A DNA stretch of 64,000 nucleotides from positions 29,197 through 93,196 of the forward strand of contig CALWPB010000001.1 in assembly GCA_944383315.1 (NCBI GenBank). Direction: 5' to 3'. The number at the start of each line of letters is the position of its first letter. Position 1 is the first letter of the stretch. Source of the stretch: an uncultured Clostridia bacterium (GTDB lineage Bacteria; Bacillota; Clostridia; Christensenellales; UBA1242). This document shows positions 27,575 through 38,588 of the stretch, in pieces. Made by a program: the position numbers and the translations under genes. The notes under the pieces are model-generated. The model did no database searches, was not told the origin of the DNA, and saw nothing but the letters and a program-made list of their open reading frames with translations.

Positions 27575-30178
27575 CTACTTAATCTTTTGTTTTAATTCTG
27601 CTAATTTAGTGATTGCTTCGATTGGTGTAAGATTGTTGATATCAGTTTTGTTAAGCATATCTACCAACATTTCATACTTTGCTTGTACTTCAACATTGCT
27701 GTAATCATAATGATTCATAGCCATATCAAATGATTTACTTTCGGCTATTTCTTGGTCTTTCATAACTTCTTTAGCGCGTTTTACAATAGTTTGTGGAATA
27801 CCTGCAAGTTTTGCAACTTCCACACCAAAGCTTTGATTTGTACTTCCATATTCCACTTTTCGTAAGAACGACATTTGATTATCAAATTCGCTTACAGTTA
27901 CTCGCATATTTACAACACCTGGGAGTTTTCCTTGTAATTCTGTAAGTTTGTGGTAATGAGTCGCAAATAAAGTTTTTGCTTTTATGGTAGTTGCAATATA
28001 TTCCAGAACAGCCCAAGCAATACTAAGGCCATCTTGAGAGGAAGTTCCTCTCCCTATTTCGTCTAATATGAGCAAACTATCGCTAGTCGCATTTTTAATA
28101 ATATTTGAAACTTCACTCATTTCGACCATAAATGTACTTTGTCCCATACCTAAGTTATCACTTGCACCAATTCGAGTGAAAATTCTGTCGGTAATAGAAA
28201 TTTTAGCCGATTCCGCAGGCACAAAACAACCAATGTGTGCCATAAGTACAACAAGTGCTATTTGACGCATAAAAGTACTTTTACCCGCCATATTTGGACC
28301 TGTAATAATAATTGTACGTTGCTTAACATTTAATACTAAGTCGTTTGGAACAAATCTTTCGCCACTCATTAATTTTTCAACTACTGGGTGTCTTGATTGA
28401 ACTATGTCATATTCGGTAATTTGATTGTTTATAATTGGTTTTGAATATCCATTGTCAACCGACACGTCAGCAAACGAAAGCAAACAATCTATAATTGCAA
28501 TTTGTCTACCTGTTTGTTGAATTTCTGTAAGTTTGTTTAATATATCTTGTCTAATGCGGTCAAATACTTTTAATTCTATGGTTAATTTTTGTTCTTCCGC
28601 ATAAAGTATTGTTTCTTCTAGTTTTTTCAAATCTGAAGTTACAAATCTATCTACAGAAGCCATAGTTTGCACACGCTGAAATCTAAACGGCAAGTTTTCC
28701 GATGCAGATTTTGGTACTTCGAAATAGTATCCACTTATGCGATTAAAGGAAATACGCAGTTTTTTCTCGCCCGTAAGTTCCCTTTCTCTTGCTTCTAATG
28801 CCGTCATCCATTGATTTCCATCACGTTTTGCATTCAAACACTTATCAAATTCCGCATCAAAACCTGGGCGAATAAAACCACCTTCTTTTATTGATGTTGG
28901 CGGATTTTCAATAAATGCAGTAGTTAGTTCTGTTGCAAGTTCTGTTAGTTCGCAAATGTTTTTAGCACAGTCTTTTAACAATCTTGAATTAAATTTGCTA
29001 ACTACTTTTTTAATTTCAGGAAGGTTTACAAGCGCTCTTCCCAATGATTCACAGTTTCGTGGATTAAGATTACCATAAGATGCCCTACCACATAGCCTTT
29101 CAACGTCGCTAATATTTTTCATTAAGTCGTGTAATGTGGAGCGCGCCAAAGTATCACGCGTTAATTCTTCTACGGCATCAAGCCTTTCATTGATTTCTAC
29201 TTCGTCTTGCAAAGGATGTTCAAGCCAATTATTTAATAAACGTGCACCCATCGCTGTTTCTGTTTTGTCTAATACCCATATTAATGAACCGCGGCGTTTC
29301 CTATCAAATATCGTTTCTGTTAGTTCAAGATTTAAACGAGTATTGATATCAAGATGCATAAAATGCCCATCATTAATTACTTTTATGTTGTTAATATGTG
29401 TTAAATCACGCATTTGTGTTTCAAGCAAATAATTTATCAATGCACCAGCCGAACACAATGCTTGAGATTTCTTATCACATTTAATATCAGTAACACTTTT
29501 TGCGTTTAATTGTCTAAGTACTGTATTTTTTGCGTTATCATATTCAAATGCTTCGTCTTTGTAATTGTAGAAATTGGGCACAACTCCCATTTTAACACAT
29601 TGTAAGTCAGTGCTACTAAAACAAGAATTTTTGTCTGCTATAATTTCGCTTGGATTTATACTTACCAAAACATCACTTAATTTTGAAAAAGCATCATCTC
29701 CAGTAAATTGCTGAACATAGAATTCACCAGTTGACAAATCTATCCAAGATAAGCCCACCACTGAAGCGCGTTCGGAACTTACGGAAGCAATAAAGTTGTT
29801 TTTCTTATCTAACAACTTCCCTTCTTCCATCACTGTACCTGGTGTAACAACTCGTACAACATCACGTTCAACAATTTGTCCCTTTTTGGGCTCTGTTAGT
29901 TGCTCACAAATCGCGACCTTTTCCCCAAGGTCAATTAACTTTGTAATATAGGTTTCTGCTGCGTGATATGGGACACCGCACATTGGCGCTTTTTGTCCAG
30001 AACCACAGTCGCGACTAGTAAGAGTTATATCCAAAAGTTTTGATGCCTTTTCTGCATCTTCAAAAAACATTTCATAAAAGTCGCCCAACCTATAAAACAT
30101 TATAGTATCTGGATATTGAGCCTTTTTCTCTTTGTATTTTTGCATCATTTTTGAATATGGTTTTTCATTATTGCTCAT
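27575..30178 (-). CDS. mutS: DNA mismatch repair protein MutS
   Basis: N-terminal mismatch-binding GDFYEMF, Walker A GPNMAGKST, DEIGRGTS, HTH end. Confidence 0.97.
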   Translation of the reverse strand: MSNNEKPYSKMMQKYKEKKAQYPDTIMFYRLGDFYEMFFEDAEKASKLLDITLTSRDCGSGQKAPMCGVPYHAAETYITKLIDLGEKVAICEQLTEPKKGQIVERDVVRVVTPGTVMEEGKLLDKKNNFIASVSSERASVVGLSWIDLSTGEFYVQQFTGDDAFSKLSDVLVSINPSEIIADKNSCFSSTDLQCVKMGVVPNFYNYKDEAFEYDNAKNTVLRQLNAKSVTDIKCDKKSQALCSAGALINYLLETQMRDLTHINNIKVINDGHFMHLDINTRLNLELTETIFDRKRRGSLIWVLDKTETAMGARLLNNWLEHPLQDEVEINERLDAVEELTRDTLARSTLHDLMKNISDVERLCGRASYGNLNPRNCESLGRALVNLPEIKKVVSKFNSRLLKDCAKNICELTELATELTTAFIENPPTSIKEGGFIRPGFDAEFDKCLNAKRDGNQWMTALEARERELTGEKKLRISFNRISGYYFEVPKSASENLPFRFQRVQTMASVDRFVTSDLKKLEETILYAEEQKLTIELKVFDRIRQDILNKLTEIQQTGRQIAIIDCLLSFADVSVDNGYSKPIINNQITEYDIVQSRHPVVEKLMSGERFVPNDLVLNVKQRTIIITGPNMAGKSTFMRQIALVVLMAHIGCFVPAESAKISITDRIFTRIGASDNLGMGQSTFMVEMSEVSNIIKNATSDSLLILDEIGRGTSSQDGLSIAWAVLEYIATTIKAKTLFATHYHKLTELQGKLPGVVNMRVTVSEFDNQMSFLRKVEYGSTNQSFGVEVAKLAGIPQTIVKRAKEVMKDQEIAESKSFDMAMNHYDYSNVEVQAKYEMLVDMLNKTDINNLTPIEAITKLAELKQKIK

Positions 30179-31497
30179 TAATTTATTCTTCCTATTAAGT
30201 TTCCTTTGTTGTATTCAATTATATCAATATCATAAAAATTGCCTACTTTTAGTGGCTTTTCTTTTGCAATTTTTACCACCTTACCACACTGGGCTTTGCC
30301 TATGTATTCCTTGGTATTTTCAGTATCAAGAAGTACTCGTATTGTTTTCCCTATCATTTCCTTGAAAAGTTGTTCGCTGATTTCGTGTTGAATTTCAAGT
30401 AAATTGTGTATACGTTCACGTTTCACGGCTATTGGTACTTGATTTTCCATTTTTTCAGCAATCGTGCCTTTTCTTTTACTGTACATAAATATAAAAGCAT
30501 TGTGATAGCGTACCTGTTTTATTAAATCAACAGTCTGTTGATAATCCTCATCTGTTTCACCAGGGAAACCTACGATAATATCCGTTGAAAGAGTAATTTC
30601 AGGCATTTTTTCTCTAATCTTTTCAATTAAATTGAGGTAAGCTTCCTTTGTGTAACTTCTATTCATTGCTTTTAATGTTTTGTTACTGCCCGCTTGTACT
30701 GGTAAATGCAATGTTTTACTAATTTTAGGGCATTTAGCCATTACTTCAATAACTTCATCGCTTAAATCTTTTGGATGTGAAGTCATAAAGCGCAATTCAA
30801 AATCGCCATCAAAGTTTGCAATCGTTTCAAGTAGTTTCGCAAAATTTGTACCGTCAGTGTTTCCGTCCAAACCATAAGAATTAACATTTTGTCCTAAAAG
30901 TGTAATAACTTTGTAGCCCATTGCAAGCAAATTTTTAACTTCTTGATAAATTGCCTCAGGCGCCCTACTTTTTTCTCGCCCCCTTACATAAGGCACAATA
31001 CAATAAGTACAAAAATTATTACAGCCATACATTATGTTTACATACGCGTACAATGCATTATCACGAACACAAGAAACACTCGCTATATTCTCGCTATACT
31101 GTTTATCTGCCTCTACTTTGTTTAGAAATTTACGTTGAGAAAGATAAGTATCAAGATATTCTCCAAAATATTCAATATTGTTAGCCCCAAAGACTATGTT
31201 AATAAATGGGAACTTTTTACGTAAAGTTGCCGCCATATCTTTCTGTTGAGCCATACAGCCACAAACTGCAACAATTAAGTCTTTTTTTGCTTTTTTTATA
31301 GGCTTAATAGCGCCAATATTGCCCAGTATTTTCTGTTCTGCACTCTCACGAATACAGCACGTATTAAATACAATAATATCAGCATCTGTGGCATTTTCGG
31401 CTTTACTATATCCTTTTTCTTCTAGTATGCCTGCCAATTTTTCTGTTTCGTGCACATTCATCTGGCAGCCATAAGTGTATATAAAGTATTTTTTCAC
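30178..31497 (-). CDS. miaB: tRNA-2-methylthio-N6-dimethylallyladenosine synthase MiaB
   Basis: UPF0004 N-terminal domain (YTYGCQMN), radical SAM CNNFCTYC, C-terminal TRAM domain. Confidence 0.93.
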   Translation of the reverse strand: MKKYFIYTYGCQMNVHETEKLAGILEEKGYSKAENATDADIIVFNTCCIRESAEQKILGNIGAIKPIKKAKKDLIVAVCGCMAQQKDMAATLRKKFPFINIVFGANNIEYFGEYLDTYLSQRKFLNKVEADKQYSENIASVSCVRDNALYAYVNIMYGCNNFCTYCIVPYVRGREKSRAPEAIYQEVKNLLAMGYKVITLLGQNVNSYGLDGNTDGTNFAKLLETIANFDGDFELRFMTSHPKDLSDEVIEVMAKCPKISKTLHLPVQAGSNKTLKAMNRSYTKEAYLNLIEKIREKMPEITLSTDIIVGFPGETDEDYQQTVDLIKQVRYHNAFIFMYSKRKGTIAEKMENQVPIAVKRERIHNLLEIQHEISEQLFKEMIGKTIRVLLDTENTKEYIGKAQCGKVVKIAKEKPLKVGNFYDIDIIEYNKGNLIGRIN

Positions 31498-31613
31498 TTT
31501 TTCACCTGTAAAATAAGTAATTTATAATACCTAAATTATACATTATTTTATTAAATTTATCAATAATAATTTATAATTTTTATATTTTGAAACATAATAA
31601 TGTTGAGGTCGTT

Positions 31614-33872
31614 ATGAGTAAAATTGCAAAAGTTTTTTTAATACTTTTTTGCATAGTGGCGGTTATTTTCTTAGCCGTTTTTACCTATATAGTAATAATT
31701 ATATCTCAAGCAGGACAAACAACTACTCTTGATGTTGCAAAATTAAATAGTTATAACTCGCAGGTAAAAATTTATGATTATAACAATAACGAACTTGTAA
31801 CAACATCAGCAACAGGAAACAAGACTATAAGTTTGGAAGAGTTGCCTGACTATGTCCCCCAAGCTTTTATAAGTATTGAGGATAAATTATTTTATAAACA
31901 TAATGGACTTAATGTTGGTCGTATATTTAAGGCAGGACTAAAAAATTTAGTTAGTGGATACGCAAAAGAAGGCGCTTCCACGATAACGCAACAGTTGATA
32001 AAAAATACACATTTAAGCAATGAAAAAACATTATCTAGAAAAATTCAAGAAGCATACTTAGCAATACAACTTGAAAAAAAATATGATAAAAATGACATAT
32101 TAGAAACATATCTAAACGTAATTTATTTTGGAAATGGCGCTTACGGAATAGAAAGCGCTGCTCAAAATTATTTTGGACATTCAGCGAAAGAATTAACTCT
32201 TGATGAAAGTGCTATTTTAGCAGGAGTTATAAAATCTCCTAGAACTTATTCCCCTATTTTAAATCCGGATAACTGTCTAAAAAGAAGAAACCTAGTACTA
32301 AAAAATATGCTTGAAGATGAAGTTATTAACCAAACTGCTTATGAAGATGCAGTGTCAAAAGGCTTATCTCTAACACCAAACGTTTCAGCAAATGACAACT
32401 TCAACAAAGTTATACTTGAGCAGGCTATGAATATTTTAAATTTGAGCGAAAAAGATATATCTACTATGGGGTTTAAAATATACACTTACATAAACAAAGA
32501 AATTCAAAATGAAATATCCCAAAAAATGCAAACATTTGATAACATAGATAATGGCTTAATGATAGTCGATAATAAAACAAATGGAGTTGTCGCATATCTT
32601 GGTAATTGTGATGTAAATAGACAAGTTGGTAGTACTATTAAGCCTATACTGTGCTATGCTCCTGCGTTTGAAACGGGAACGCTATCTCCCATTACACCTA
32701 TAAAAGACGAACCTATTAATATAAGTGGCTACTCTCCCAAAAATGCAAATAACAAATATTTAGGCTGGGTTTCTACGCGTACAGCATTGGCAAAATCTCT
32801 AAATATTCCTGCTATAAAAACTCTAGAATATAATGATATAGACAAATCTATAAAAGTTGCTAAAAAATTTGGACTGCATTTTGATAAAGAAGACAGACAT
32901 TTAGCCATTGCTTTGGGAGCTACTAAATCTGGAGAAAGTCTCACGACTATGACGAATGCTTATTCAACTTTTGCAAGAAATGGTAGTTATAGCAATCTAA
33001 ATTTTATAAGAAAAATTGAACTAAGTGGCAACAATGTAGTTTATAAAAATAACAATAATTTTAATCAAATTATTGGAACGGATACTGCTTTCCTAATAAA
33101 TGATATATTAAAAAATACAATTACGGACGGTACGGCGAAGAGATTAAGCACTCTAAATATCCCACTTGCTGCAAAAACTGGTACTGTTGGAACAGACTTA
33201 GATAGCACAAACACTGATGCTTGGTGTATTTCTTATAACCCCAAATATACTATTGGTGTATGGTATGGTAACACAACAGGAAACACTGAAAATAATTTAC
33301 TTTCAAATCAAAATGGTGGAACCATTGCAACCGATAGTAACAAAATTGCTTGGAGTATTCTAAAAAAACATTATAATGTGTTGCAAGATTTTGATATTCC
33401 AGACAATGTATCACAAATTGCTATTGATGCCCTATCTCTAAACAGTCAAAAAATTGAGTTAGCAAGCCCTGATACACCAGAAAAATACATTATAAAAGAG
33501 TGGTTTTCAAATCGTTTTATCCCTAAAAACACTAGCAACAATTTTGATAAAATCACTCAACCTGTTTTAAATATGCAAGTAAAAGATAAATTGATTTTTC
33601 AATGGGAAGGGCTTGAATATCTAAATTATGAATTACATAAAATTACGCAAAATAAAGATACTTTAATCGAAACTTTCGAAGGGAAAAACGATACCTTTAA
33701 TTACACTCTCCCCCTTCCCGAAGAAAATACTGAATTTTACTTAACAGTAAAGTATAAAAATGCAGAAATTGATAAATCGATAAAAAGCAATACTGAAAAA
33801 TACTATATTACAGCCAATTTAGACAACAAAGAAAGTGCTACAAGAAAAATAAGGAAAGGTTGGTTTTTCTAA
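31614..33872 (+). CDS. Class A penicillin-binding protein (glycosyltransferase + transpeptidase) with a C-terminal extension
   Basis: GT51 motifs (EDKLFYKHNG, GASTITQQL, RKIQE), transpeptidase STIKP and KTGT. Start at the ATG after GAGG. Confidence 0.9.
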   Translation: MSKIAKVFLILFCIVAVIFLAVFTYIVIIISQAGQTTTLDVAKLNSYNSQVKIYDYNNNELVTTSATGNKTISLEELPDYVPQAFISIEDKLFYKHNGLNVGRIFKAGLKNLVSGYAKEGASTITQQLIKNTHLSNEKTLSRKIQEAYLAIQLEKKYDKNDILETYLNVIYFGNGAYGIESAAQNYFGHSAKELTLDESAILAGVIKSPRTYSPILNPDNCLKRRNLVLKNMLEDEVINQTAYEDAVSKGLSLTPNVSANDNFNKVILEQAMNILNLSEKDISTMGFKIYTYINKEIQNEISQKMQTFDNIDNGLMIVDNKTNGVVAYLGNCDVNRQVGSTIKPILCYAPAFETGTLSPITPIKDEPINISGYSPKNANNKYLGWVSTRTALAKSLNIPAIKTLEYNDIDKSIKVAKKFGLHFDKEDRHLAIALGATKSGESLTTMTNAYSTFARNGSYSNLNFIRKIELSGNNVVYKNNNNFNQIIGTDTAFLINDILKNTITDGTAKRLSTLNIPLAAKTGTVGTDLDSTNTDAWCISYNPKYTIGVWYGNTTGNTENNLLSNQNGGTIATDSNKIAWSILKKHYNVLQDFDIPDNVSQIAIDALSLNSQKIELASPDTPEKYIIKEWFSNRFIPKNTSNNFDKITQPVLNMQVKDKLIFQWEGLEYLNYELHKITQNKDTLIETFEGKNDTFNYTLPLPEENTEFYLTVKYKNAEIDKSIKSNTEKYYITANLDNKESATRKIRKGWFF

Positions 33873-33876
33873 TTAA

Positions 33877-33905
33877 AAAAATATGCTATGTATAGCATAT
33901 TTTAA
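33877..33905. terminator. Bidirectional AT-rich terminator (PBP / thiI)
   Basis: 8-bp stem atatgcta/tagcatat with a 4-nt loop, flanked by A-run and T-run. Confidence 0.5.
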
Positions 33906-35056
33906 TTTTGTATAATCATAATCTCTTCTGAATCTAGGCTTTTTTGAAGTAGTGCTTCTATATCAAGTTTGCTTTCTTCTGCAAGCACCTTTTCAATTTT
34001 AGGCTTAGTTACTGGATTTTTGGGTAAAAATACAGTACAACAATCTTCATAAGGCTGAATACTAATATCATAAGTACCGATTTTATGAGCAACATCCATT
34101 ATATCTTGCTTATCAAAACCTATTAATGGACGGAATATAGGAATATCAACAACCGCATTAGTCGCATTAATGCTTTGCAGTGTTTGACTGGCTACTTGTC
34201 CCAAACTTTCCCCTGTAATTAATGCTCCCGCGCCATTATTTAATGCAATTTTTTGTGATATTCTCATCATCATACGTCTAAGCAAAGTTATCATAAAATC
34301 TCTATCGCATTTTTTGTTTATTTCTTCTTGAACGTGAGTTACAGAAATAAAATGCATTTTAATACTACCCATATAATCGCACATTTTTTGTGCAAGAGAT
34401 ATTACTTTTTGTTTTGCAAGTTCGCTAGTATATGGGTAACTATGGAAATGTATTGCTTCAATACTCAGTCCGCGGCGTGCTAAATAATACCCTGCAACTG
34501 GGCTATCAATACCACCGCTCAATAATAACAAACCTTTCCCCGCAGTTCCTAACGGCATTCCCCCAGCACAAGTGATTACACTTGTAGAAATATATGTAAA
34601 GCCATTTTCGCGTATATCTATCAAAACTTCAACATCAGGTGTATGCAAATTAACTTTTGCGTCAGGATTATTATTTAGAATTATTTCACCGATTTCTTTA
34701 TTAATTTGCATTGACTTTACAGGGAATATTTTACTTGCGCGGTTGGCTGTTACCCTAAAACTTTGACCGTTTAATTTAATTTTGCAACATTCTTCTTTAA
34801 TACTATTGTAATCAGTTTCTAATTTGGTAGCAACTGAAATAGAATGAATACCAAACACTTTGGTCAATTTATCTATAATTGCTCTTTCTTGCGTTTCTTC
34901 ATATTCGCTTAATTCGTATCTGCCGCTTATTTTCTTTAATTCAAATTTAAAATCTTTTAAACTATGAATAATGTTGCTTCTTAAAGCATTCTCAAAAAAG
35001 CAACGATTGTTGCCTTTTAAAAATATTTCACCATATCTAATTAATATAACGTTCAT
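33902..35056 (-). CDS. thiI: tRNA 4-thiouridine synthase ThiI
   Basis: THUMP domain followed by the PP-loop LSGGIDSPVA. Confidence 0.9.
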   Translation of the reverse strand: MNVILIRYGEIFLKGNNRCFFENALRSNIIHSLKDFKFELKKISGRYELSEYEETQERAIIDKLTKVFGIHSISVATKLETDYNSIKEECCKIKLNGQSFRVTANRASKIFPVKSMQINKEIGEIILNNNPDAKVNLHTPDVEVLIDIRENGFTYISTSVITCAGGMPLGTAGKGLLLLSGGIDSPVAGYYLARRGLSIEAIHFHSYPYTSELAKQKVISLAQKMCDYMGSIKMHFISVTHVQEEINKKCDRDFMITLLRRMMMRISQKIALNNGAGALITGESLGQVASQTLQSINATNAVVDIPIFRPLIGFDKQDIMDVAHKIGTYDISIQPYEDCCTVFLPKNPVTKPKIEKVLAEESKLDIEALLQKSLDSEEIMIIQN

Positions 35057-35063
35057 AATTCAC

Positions 35064-36188
35064 CTATCCAAGTAAATTTTTTATTTCAGCTTGTAATGCT
35101 TTAACAACAGCATCTACTTCTTCAATATTATTAAACTCGCTGAAACTAAAGCGAATATTGCCTTCCATTTGATTATTTTTTAATCCCATTGCTGAAAGCA
35201 CTCTATTACCTACTTTCTTGCTACTACAAGCAGAACCTGTACTTACGTAAATTTGATATTTCTCCAAACAATGTAGTAACACTTCACCACGAACCCCTAG
35301 AAAAGAAACGCTTAAAATGTTATCCAAAGATTCATTAATATTGCCATTTATAATAAATTTTAAATTACTTTCAGCAAGTCTTTCAACAAAATGTTGTTTT
35401 AATTGTTTTATATGATTTCGTTTTTGTTCAAAATCTTGATACATCATTTCGCAAGCCATTTTAAATCCCATAATTCCCGCGGGATTTTCTGTACCAGAAC
35501 GCAAGCCATTCTCTTGCCCGCCGCCTAAAATGTGCGGTTTGAGTGTGATTCCATTACGTAGATATACGCAAGCCACCCCTTTGGGACCGTGTATTTTGTG
35601 CGAGCTTATCGTATAAGCATCGATTTGGTCATTTAAAACATTTACTTTTAACTTACCAAAAGCCTGCACTCCATCACAGTGCAACAAGCAATCTGCGTTC
35701 TTTTCTTTTACTATTTTAGAAATCGTATGCAAATCATTTATTGCGCCTGTTTCATTGCTTACGTGAATAATAGATACTAAACCAGTATCACTATCAACTT
35801 TTTGTCTTAAATCTTCCAAATCAAGTTTCCCATCAGGCAAAATATTGACAAACTCTACATCATAACCCAAATTTTGTAAATTTTTTGCTGTTTCGTATAC
35901 CGATGGATGTTCGCCATTTGAAACCAAAATTTTCTTATTTTTTCGTGCTAAACCATTAAGAATTAGATTGTTTGCTTCCGTAGCACTTGCCGTAAATATA
36001 ATTTTACCGTCATTAGCCCCAAGTAAATTTAAAATAGTTTTACGGGCATTGTCAATATCATTCTTCACTTCTATCGCAGGAGAATATACACTTGATGGGT
36101 TAAAAAATTTCTCAACACTGTATTTTGCCACAAACTCTGCAATTTCTTTTCGAGTTTGTGTAGTTGCTGAATTATCAAAATAAATCAT
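35064..36188 (-). CDS. Cysteine desulfurase (NifS/IscS family)
   Basis: IYFDNSATT start, PLP lysine motif SSHKIHGPKG, active-site GSACSS. The ATG at 36188 is preferred over the TTG at 36203. Confidence 0.88.
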   Translation of the reverse strand: MIYFDNSATTQTRKEIAEFVAKYSVEKFFNPSSVYSPAIEVKNDIDNARKTILNLLGANDGKIIFTASATEANNLILNGLARKNKKILVSNGEHPSVYETAKNLQNLGYDVEFVNILPDGKLDLEDLRQKVDSDTGLVSIIHVSNETGAINDLHTISKIVKEKNADCLLHCDGVQAFGKLKVNVLNDQIDAYTISSHKIHGPKGVACVYLRNGITLKPHILGGGQENGLRSGTENPAGIMGFKMACEMMYQDFEQKRNHIKQLKQHFVERLAESNLKFIINGNINESLDNILSVSFLGVRGEVLLHCLEKYQIYVSTGSACSSKKVGNRVLSAMGLKNNQMEGNIRFSFSEFNNIEEVDAVVKALQAEIKNLLG

Positions 36189-36199
36189 TTCACACCTTT

Positions 36200-38578
36200 T
36201 CAATCGCGTAATTTTGCATTAAACATAGTACCTAATTTGCTTAAAATTTTATTAAAAATATCATTTAATTCATCTTGCGTCAATGTACCATCAGCTTTTC
36301 TAAATGTTAAGTTAAAAGCAACACTCTTGTAACCTTTTTCTACTTGCTCGCCTGTGTAAATATCAAATAGTTCGACTTCTTCAAGTAAATTGTTGGCTGT
36401 TTTCTTGATTGCTTCAATCATACCACCAATTTCAATATTTTGTTCTACCACAACAGCCAAATCTCTATGTGCCGCTGGGAATTTAGGAAGCGGCTTGACT
36501 TTTTTAACTTTTTTAGCAGGAATTTCATCAAGTCTTAATTCAAAATAATAACAATCACTATTTATTTCATAGTTCTTTGTTACAGCGGGATGAACTTTAC
36601 CAATGTAACCTATTGACTTATTTCCTATATTGATGCTTGCGCAAATATTTGGATGCATATATGAAATCTGTGTTGATTTGTAATTGAAATTAACACCTAA
36701 TTTGCTTGATATCATTTCAACAATAGATTTAACATAGAAAAAGTCTACTTTGTCTAATGTCAAATATGCTAAAACTTTGTTTTCTAATGGTAAATTGTCT
36801 TTTGTATCTCTCTCATTTTTGAAAACTTTACCAATTTCGAAAATTTCAATATCTTTATTTTTACGGCTTACATTTAATTTTGCAACATCTAAAAGGCTAC
36901 CAATCATTTCAGTGCGCATAACACTGTAATCAAGACTTAATGGATTTGAAATTTTTACGCAATCTCTCAAAATGTCATCACTTGATATTAATAGTTTATC
37001 AAATTCAGTTGGCGAACGGAAACCATAGGTTTTAACTTGATGTGCACCTGCTGCAAGCATATATTCTATTAGATTGTGTTCTAATTCAAATAAATCATTC
37101 ATACCGCCTGCGGTGCTTTGTGTGTGTTCACATCGAGTAGGCACAATTTTTTCAAAACCGTAAAATCTTATAATTTCTTCTATAATGTCCACAGGCAGTT
37201 CAATATCAGCTCTTATTGCGGGAACTTCACAAATCAAATTTGCGCCTTTAAGTTCACAATTTATACCCAATTTACCCAAAATAGATTTTACGTTATCAAA
37301 AGGAATGCTTAAACCTAACGTTTTTTCAATTTCGGCAAAATCAAATTCTACCAAATGAGTTTCGTCTGAATATTCGCCTACTTGTACTATATTATTTGAA
37401 ATATCGCCTATACCAAACTCATTTATTAATGATAAAACACGAGCCATACCCAACTTTGCAGATACTTTCTCTACTCCGCGTTCATTTCTAGCACTTGCGT
37501 CTGTCCTAAGTCCTAAACTGCGAGCACCACGTCTAATACTTACACGGTCAAAAATTGCGCTTTCTATAACGATATTTTTAGTTGTATCACTAATTGAAAA
37601 CTCTTTTCCTCCCATAATTCCAGCAATCCCAATAGGCTGTTTTTTGTCGGCAATTACAATAATATTACTATTCAAGTCGTGAGTTTTGTCATCAAGGCAA
37701 ACTATTTTTTCGCCTTCGTCAGCTTGTCTTACAATAATATTGTCTGTTATTTTATCATAATCAAAAGCATGTAAAGGTTGCCCCATTTCCCATAATACAT
37801 AATTTGTAAAATCAACTATATTGTTCCTTGGGGTAATTCCAGCGATTTTTAATCTATTTTGTATATAACGTGGAGATGGTGCCAGTTTTACATTCTCCAC
37901 CATACACCCCAAATATAACGGGCAATTTGATGTGTCTACTGACACAGTAAGTGGCAAATCAACTTTTTTAGCATTATAAGTTATTGTTGGCTCTTTAAAT
38001 TCCCTATTCAAGCCAACAGCAAGTTCCTTTGCTAACCCGTAAACACTTTGGCAATCTGGACGATTGGCAAGCACTTTTAAATCAAATACAACGTCATCAA
38101 GCCCCAAAAATTCAGCAATAGGTTGTCCTTCCTTTGCACTTTCATCCAAAATCATAATTCCGTCTACCAACGCGTTTGGATAAACGCTATTATCTATGCA
38201 AAGTTCTTCCCCAGAACATAACATTCCTTGTGATTCAAGTCCACGCATATTTGTAGTTTTTATTTTTACGCCATTAGGCAAATCAGCACCGTCAAGAGCA
38301 GCAGGTACCAAAGCCCCTTCAAACACATTAGTAGCCGCAGTTAAAATTTGAACAATTTCATTATTTCCTAAATCAATAGTACAAACTTGTAATTTGTCAG
38401 CATTTGGATGTCTTTCTAACTTAACAATGCGCCCAACTTTTACGCATTCCATTCCTTTGGACAAGTCTCTCATTTCTTCGACTTCAAAGCCGATATTAAT
38501 AAAAGTTTCAGCAATTTTATCTGCATTTAAATCAGAGATATCTACAAAATCATTTAACCATTTTAAAGTAACTATCAT
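36200..38578 (-). CDS. pheT: Phenylalanine--tRNA ligase beta subunit
   Basis: tRNA-binding OB domain, B3/4 and B5 domains, and C-terminal FDX-ACB domain. Directly downstream of pheS. Confidence 0.95.
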   Translation of the reverse strand: MIVTLKWLNDFVDISDLNADKIAETFINIGFEVEEMRDLSKGMECVKVGRIVKLERHPNADKLQVCTIDLGNNEIVQILTAATNVFEGALVPAALDGADLPNGVKIKTTNMRGLESQGMLCSGEELCIDNSVYPNALVDGIMILDESAKEGQPIAEFLGLDDVVFDLKVLANRPDCQSVYGLAKELAVGLNREFKEPTITYNAKKVDLPLTVSVDTSNCPLYLGCMVENVKLAPSPRYIQNRLKIAGITPRNNIVDFTNYVLWEMGQPLHAFDYDKITDNIIVRQADEGEKIVCLDDKTHDLNSNIIVIADKKQPIGIAGIMGGKEFSISDTTKNIVIESAIFDRVSIRRGARSLGLRTDASARNERGVEKVSAKLGMARVLSLINEFGIGDISNNIVQVGEYSDETHLVEFDFAEIEKTLGLSIPFDNVKSILGKLGINCELKGANLICEVPAIRADIELPVDIIEEIIRFYGFEKIVPTRCEHTQSTAGGMNDLFELEHNLIEYMLAAGAHQVKTYGFRSPTEFDKLLISSDDILRDCVKISNPLSLDYSVMRTEMIGSLLDVAKLNVSRKNKDIEIFEIGKVFKNERDTKDNLPLENKVLAYLTLDKVDFFYVKSIVEMISSKLGVNFNYKSTQISYMHPNICASINIGNKSIGYIGKVHPAVTKNYEINSDCYYFELRLDEIPAKKVKKVKPLPKFPAAHRDLAVVVEQNIEIGGMIEAIKKTANNLLEEVELFDIYTGEQVEKGYKSVAFNLTFRKADGTLTQDELNDIFNKILSKLGTMFNAKLRD

Positions 38579-38588
38579 AATTTTTCTC